Positions 59,103 to 64,000 of a stretch of 64,000 nt of DNA are shown piece by piece. Origin of the DNA: a virus; IMG/VR virus record IMGVR_UViG_3300029989_000006; one strand, 5' to 3'. The first letter of the stretch is position 1. Every line of letters starts with the position of its first letter. The position numbers and the translations under genes are program-made. The notes beneath the pieces are model-generated. The model was not told where the DNA came from. It worked only from the letters and a program-made list of their open reading frames with translations, and did no database searches.

Positions 59103-61145
59103 TTAGTAATTGCTGCAGGCTGTATTTTCAAAACAATTTTGTCCACTTGCATAAGTGTCAATCGGTAATAACATATATAATCCATTATATGAAAAAGTTG
59201 GTTCAGATAAAGAACAAATTCCAAGCATTAATTTTCCATCTTGATTACTTATATTATCAAATTGATTAAAAGGAGCTGTAATTTCATGAATTTCATTTGG
59301 AGGTAAATATGAAATACATAATGGATAATTATTTGAATAAAGTATATCTAAAGGTATTAGTATAGTTCAGCATATTCCCAATCCACTATTAGGATCAGTA
59401 GTTGTTGGTATTTCTTGACAATATTGAGAAGGAGCTAAAACTATTTGCTGTTGAAATAATTGAAGAATATATTCATCAATATTAGTATTTAATGGTTCAA
59501 CTATTAAAGCTTTATTATTTTCCCCAATTGTAAAATAATTAATAATTGTTGGTGTTCCAAAAGCTTCTGCGTATGAATTATTTAAACCATTAAGTAAAAA
59601 TATATATGCATTACTTATATCTGTAACTTTTAATTCATAATCTAAGAATTCTCCATTATTATTTTGTAGTCAATATTCTTGATATAACATATTTCCATTA
59701 ATACAAATATCATTCTGTGGAATAAATTTTATATTATCATAACTTGTATTTATTAGAATAGATCCATGAATTGTATATTTATCTAAAAATTCTTTAGGTA
59801 AATCATCTTCTGTATATTCATCACTAAAGCCTTCTAATGAAAGAATAGGTGTTATAACATATTCTAATAGTTTGTTATTATAATTTGTTCCACTAATATT
59901 ATAAATAATGTAAGATGCTAAATTATCTGTAAACTCCACATTTCATTCATCATATATTTCTGTAGATTTATCTAAATATATTTTAACTTTGGCTTTAGTT
60001 ATTTTAACATCTCCAGTTACTAAATTAATAGATTTTTGAGCAATTCCTTGTAAAGTTAAACTAAATGAATAATAATTTTGTGGAACTAATGTTTCAGTAG
60101 TAAATTCATCAGTCGTTAATTCCTCAGTAGTGGTTGGATCAGTTGTAGATAATACATCAGTAGTAGTTGGTAATACAGTAGTTAGTAATATTGGGATATG
60201 AGGATCTCCAACAAATTCTGAAAGATTAATTGTTGGAACATCAATAACTTTAAATATCTTTAAATCTTCTATTTCTAATGATAAAGCTAATTTTCCTTTA
60301 TATTGAGAAGGACAGTAATATCTAAAATTATTATCATTAAATCAATATTCTCCAACATTAATCTGAAAATTTTTATAATGGTTATACTTTAATCAAATAT
60401 CTTGAGTTAAATCTAAATATCCATTATTTAATTGATGATATAATTTTACTCTATAAAATTTAGGAACAAAAGTAATTTCTGAATAATCTACAATACCTTG
60501 TGAAATATTTTCAGTATGTATAGTTAAACTATTATTAAAAATAATATATCTTCCTGTTTTAAAATCAGTTGTATTAATAACACTATATTTATATAGATCT
60601 GGAGTTACAATGGTTCCATAATAACTTTTACTATCAGAAGCTTCTGGTGAAGGATAACTTCCAAATTCTATTATTCCAAACCTATTATTATAATCCTCTT
60701 CCGTACCAATGATATCTCAATACTTATTAGATTCTTCTGGTAATTTAGGTAAAGTATTATTAAAATAATCTTTTCTCTGATAAAAAATTTTAATATCGGA
60801 TCATACTGGCTTTGAATATACTAAATCATCTTTTATATATGAAACACTTTGATTTCATTCTAGTATATTATTAATATTTATATCTGGTAATTTTCGTGAA
60901 GCTATATATAAAACTCCACCAAATTCTTTCATTCCTAATGGTTGAAATCCTTCAGTTAAGTGAACGACTCCATCTACTGTTTGTATTGGAGCATTACCTG
61001 CATCATTTTGTAGACTTAATTCATCACCATTAAAAGTGATAAAAGTTGCATTTACTGCATCTGTTAGGACATTATTAGGAGTTGTAAGGGGATTTAAGTC
61101 AAATACAAGCCCTTTATCAAAAGTATTAACTGATTCCTTTTTCAT
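59103..61145 (-). CDS. tail protein (~680 aa, TGA=Trp) with muzzle/stabilization-type N-terminus
   Basis: NTFDKGLVFDLNP..PNN.LTDAVN..LQNDAGN; read manually through TGA codons to TAA at 59103. Confidence 0.78.
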
Positions 61146-62157
61146 ATTCTTTTATTAATTCTTGTCATGTTTTATTTGAAGGAATAAATTTTAAATCTCT
61201 TACTTCTCCTAAATATTCTAAATTTCTTAATTTTAATTTTGGTGCCCAAAAAGCCCAACCTTTAAAAGTATCTCTTTTAAATCTAAATATATATAAATGA
61301 TTTGATTTATATCTTAATTCTTCCTGAATTTTTCTTGGTATGATATTTACAAAATGAGTAATTTTTCTTGCAACTTTATTTGTTTCACATCATTCCTGAA
61401 AAAGTCTATCATTTAAACCAATATAATAATATCCATCAAAATCCTTTCTTTCTCATTGTGCAATTTTTCTTAGCTTCTTATCTCTTCTAATACTATATTG
61501 TTTTATTTGATAAGGTATATTTAAAGATAAAGCCCCAATATATGCAACACAATCAATATATTTTTTGGTATTAATAGAAATAGCACATCCATATTTTATT
61601 GAAGAATACATTCTTCTAAATCCATGCATTAAAATCTTTTTTAATTCTTTTAATGTTAATTCTGTGAATTTTTCATGGACTTCTGGTAAAATATCATTTA
61701 TGGTCAAATCTTTTATTGTATAAAATTTTTCTCCTGAATTTATTTTATCCAAAAATTTCTGTTTTAAGGCACCTCCGAGATACACAGGATAAGATTTTTG
61801 ATATGCCTTAGCCTTGTAATAGTACTTGATAAAATAACCCGTAAAATCAGATTCTACAAAATCAATTTCAGAAAAACGACCACATTGTCTTTGTTTCACA
61901 AACTGATCTTCTAGAACAATTTCAAAATCAAGATAACCCTCAACAGAATATGGGATCAAAAATCTTACTTTTTCATCAATCATTTTATTAATAATTAATC
62001 CAAAACAGTATTTAAATGGATCAGCTACTGCATCAGCATAACTATTGGTAGATCCATATAATTTAATAAATCATGCTCATTTTTTATCAGTTACTTTATT
62101 TGTTGGATTTGTATATAACTCTTCACAAGTTAGTCCATGATTAAAAAATATTCTCAT
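61126..62157 (-). CDS. protein with probable tandem IHF/HU-like domains (~343 aa, TGA=Trp)
   Basis: ATG 62157 in frame with the 61983 fragment, TAA at 61126; occupies the IHF-like gene slot of crAss-like gene order; the domain call is weak. Confidence 0.6.
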
Positions 62158-62861
62158 TAACGAACAGGCTTATAACTCTTTCCAAATCGTTTTCTATCCC
62201 AAGAACTGGATACATTAAGTATCTCATCCATTTCGTTTTGATTAATATATTCTGGAATTCTTGCTTGAGAACACAAACTTTTTCATTTTTGTTCTAATAT
62301 TTGAGCTAATTGCATTAAATTTCTATCTCTTGAAACTAATGCATTTTTAAAAGTATTTGTATATGCAAGAAAAGCTGATATTGCATCTAATTCTTTTACA
62401 TTTAAATAAGGTAAACCTTCTTCATCTGCAATTACTCCTTTATATAAAATATGTACACTACGAAAGTTATCAGATAAAAATATTTTTTGTCCTTCTTGTC
62501 TATATTTAATATATTTACCAGAAGAATATAATGTTCCAGTATTATATTTTCTAGATTCAATATAACTCTCAATTCATCCACTTTGTGAATTTCCTGGTAA
62601 TAATTGATTAGAAGTTTTTTGATAATCTTCATAATCTGCTGTAACTGCCTCAATTATATCTACATTACATGGAAGATCTACATAATAATTTCCAGATAAA
62701 TCTTTAATAGGTTCTGTTATATATTTATATAATCTTGTTTGTTTATTTCCTATTCTATCTCATCCAATTAAACCAATTGATTCAAATTCATCTGGATTAA
62801 GTTCTAATCCATATAACTCCCTAGCTTGTGTGTAAGCTGTATTAAAATTATAACTTGTCAT
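62157..62861 (-). CDS. tail ring/neck protein (234 aa, TGA=Trp), absent from the ORF track
   Basis: MTSYNFNTAY..IG[TGA]DRIGNK..LPCN..ILYKGVIADEEGLPYL..K[TGA]KSLCSQAR..KPVR-TAA. Confidence 0.8.
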
Positions 62862-62863
62862 TA

Positions 62864-63532
62864 TTAACGTGGTGTTTGATCATTGGGGTGAGGTTGTGCT
62901 ACTAAACTTCTATAATATCTAATTTTCTTTTCAGTTAATCTCTTTTTAACCTCGGCAGAAATAAAAGATAAATTATCTACTTCTTCTGAAGTACAACATT
63001 TATATTCTGCTAACTGTCTTGGATCTTTAAAAATTGCAATAACCGAAACTTTTTTTAACATAGGTGCATTATAAATTCATGCATCATACATATTATGATC
63101 ATTTGGGGTAGGTTCTACATAAACATATGGTTTATCAAATCCTCTTCTTAGATATTTATGATACTGAAAGGCAGTATTAGTATATATCTTTAATTGTATT
63201 TCTCTATCTATTGATCCAATAAACTCAATTGCCTCACTTTGAAGATCATTAATCGTCTGAGGCATTTCAAAGTGTAATTGTGGAGTAGTAAATGAATCTG
63301 TACTACAGGGACATTTATCCAAAGATTCACAATTCACATCAATACAATTAATTGACATTAATAAATCATTTCTTGGGACAAGATTTTTTAAAGAATATTC
63401 TTTTATAACCTGTAATCTTTCATCTACTATATCATCCATTAATTGATCAAGTGAGATACTAGGTGTTCCTGTAAGTCCACTTAATCCACCTACTATATCA
63501 TTGTATATTGCGGAAGCTAATTTTCTTATCAT
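62864..63532 (-). CDS. tail ring/neck protein (222 aa, TGA=Trp)
   Basis: Two track ORFs joined at TGA 63077: YDA[W]IYNAPMLKKVSVIAIFKDPR. Confidence 0.82.
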
Positions 63533-63549
63533 ATATAATTTCTTAAACT

Positions 63550-63578
63550 AAAAAAGGCGACGGTATATCCGCCGCCTT
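63550..63578 (-). terminator. Rho-independent terminator
   Basis: Minus strand AAGGCGGCGG-ATATA-CCGTCGCCTT-TTTT. Confidence 0.9.
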
Positions 63579-63601
63579 AATTAGACCATATTTATTTAAA
63601 A

Positions 63602-64000
63602 CTAAGCTTGAACTGTATAAGTAATGCTTGCAGTATTACCAACTGCATCAGTAACAGTAACAATTGCTGCACCTGTTCCTGTAACTCCATCAGTAGTAAC
63701 TAATCCAGTAGCATTAACAGTTGCTCTTGTAGGTTGATCAGATACAAATGTAATTGCTCCAATTGCACCAGTAACAACCATTTGATCTGCAGTATTATCT
63801 GAAGTATCTAATGTAGCTGTTGTAGTAACAACTGCGGTTAATTTATAAGGTGTTGTTAAAGATAATTTATCTAATTCAGTTTCAAAATCAGAGACAAGAT
63901 CCGCTTTTACCCAAAATACATGAGTTGTAATTGATGTTGCACCAGAAACAATTCCATCTTGTCCATCTTTAGTTTTAGAATAACGAAGTGTATATTCTGT
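63602..64000 (-). CDS. partial (3' end) structural protein, probably auxiliary capsid protein with C-terminal Ig-like domain
   Basis: 133 open codons: TEYTLRY..THVFWV..ITFVSDQPTRATVNATGLVT..GAAIVTVTDAVGNTASITYTVQA-TAG. Confidence 0.75.
   Translation of the reverse strand, partial: TEYTLRYSKTKDGQDGIVSGATSITTHVFWVKADLVSDFETELDKLSLTTPYKLTAVVTTTATLDTSDNTADQMVVTGAIGAITFVSDQPTRATVNATGLVTTDGVTGTGAAIVTVTDAVGNTASITYTVQA

Noticed and set aside
36792-62653. Short alternative-frame minus ORFs (36792, 38298, 46830, 62432)
   Set aside because: Nested out of frame within the recoded genes.
20733-63532. Minus arm as pseudogenes, a decayed prophage or sequencing errors
   Set aside because: The interruptions checked are all TGA with no frameshifts, they fall at conserved Trp sites, and the merged genes abut with TAATG-type overlaps.
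20733-63532. TGA as selenocysteine or Gly, or TAG recoding
   Set aside because: Conserved-motif positions call for Trp; TAG ends genes right before terminators (52201, 63602).
1-64000. Code-4 host such as Mycoplasma or Spiroplasma
   Set aside because: Early genes use only TGG internally and sometimes end in TGA; peptidoglycan hydrolases and Bacteroidota-type promoter boxes point to a walled, standard-code host.
1-64000. Suppressor tRNA, CRISPR array or diversity-generating retroelement
   Set aside because: After recoding, intergenic gaps are short and contain only terminators or AT-rich sequence; no cloverleaf, repeat-spacer pattern or reverse transcriptase was seen by eye. A tRNAscan or ARAGORN run would be needed to be sure.

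Overview
This is a 64-kb segment of a very AT-rich crAss-like phage (Crassvirales-type). The host is probably Bacteroidota, judged from TAnnTTTG promoter boxes and the general absence of Shine-Dalgarno sequences. There are two convergent arms. (1) The plus arm (1-20686) carries replication, nucleotide-metabolism and lysis genes: HAD nucleotidase, PD-(D/E)xK exonuclease, AAA+ ATPase, metallophosphoesterase, Dda-like helicase, class II RNR, dUTPase, ATP-dependent ligase, ThyX, M15 endolysin, DUF5664, kinase and a lysozyme-like protein. These read cleanly in the standard code. (2) The minus arm (20733-64000) looks shredded in the ORF track, but the fragment ends I checked are TGA codons and the frame continues. 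Reading TGA as Trp gives 16 tightly packed genes ending in TAA/TAG. They include ring/tail proteins and four giant cargo proteins of about 2899, 2952, 1176 and 1533 aa, one being the virion RNA polymerase (GSDFDIDK motif, invisible in the standard-code track). TGA sits at family-conserved Trp positions. Main novelty candidates: (a) the four Cys-poor giant proteins have terminal Cys exactly and only at their three head-to-tail gene junctions, suggesting a linked ejection chain; (b) a TGA-recoded GIY-YIG/NUMOD1 endonuclease is the only recoded gene found in the early arm and overlaps a non-recoded endolysin, a possible code-dependent lysis gate; (c) a recurring K-x-[QK]-x-G-G motif is confined to the small and medium cargo genes. 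No suppressor tRNA, terminase, major capsid protein or DNA polymerase was seen. Merged gene models come from manual frame arithmetic, and not every gap was translated codon by codon.
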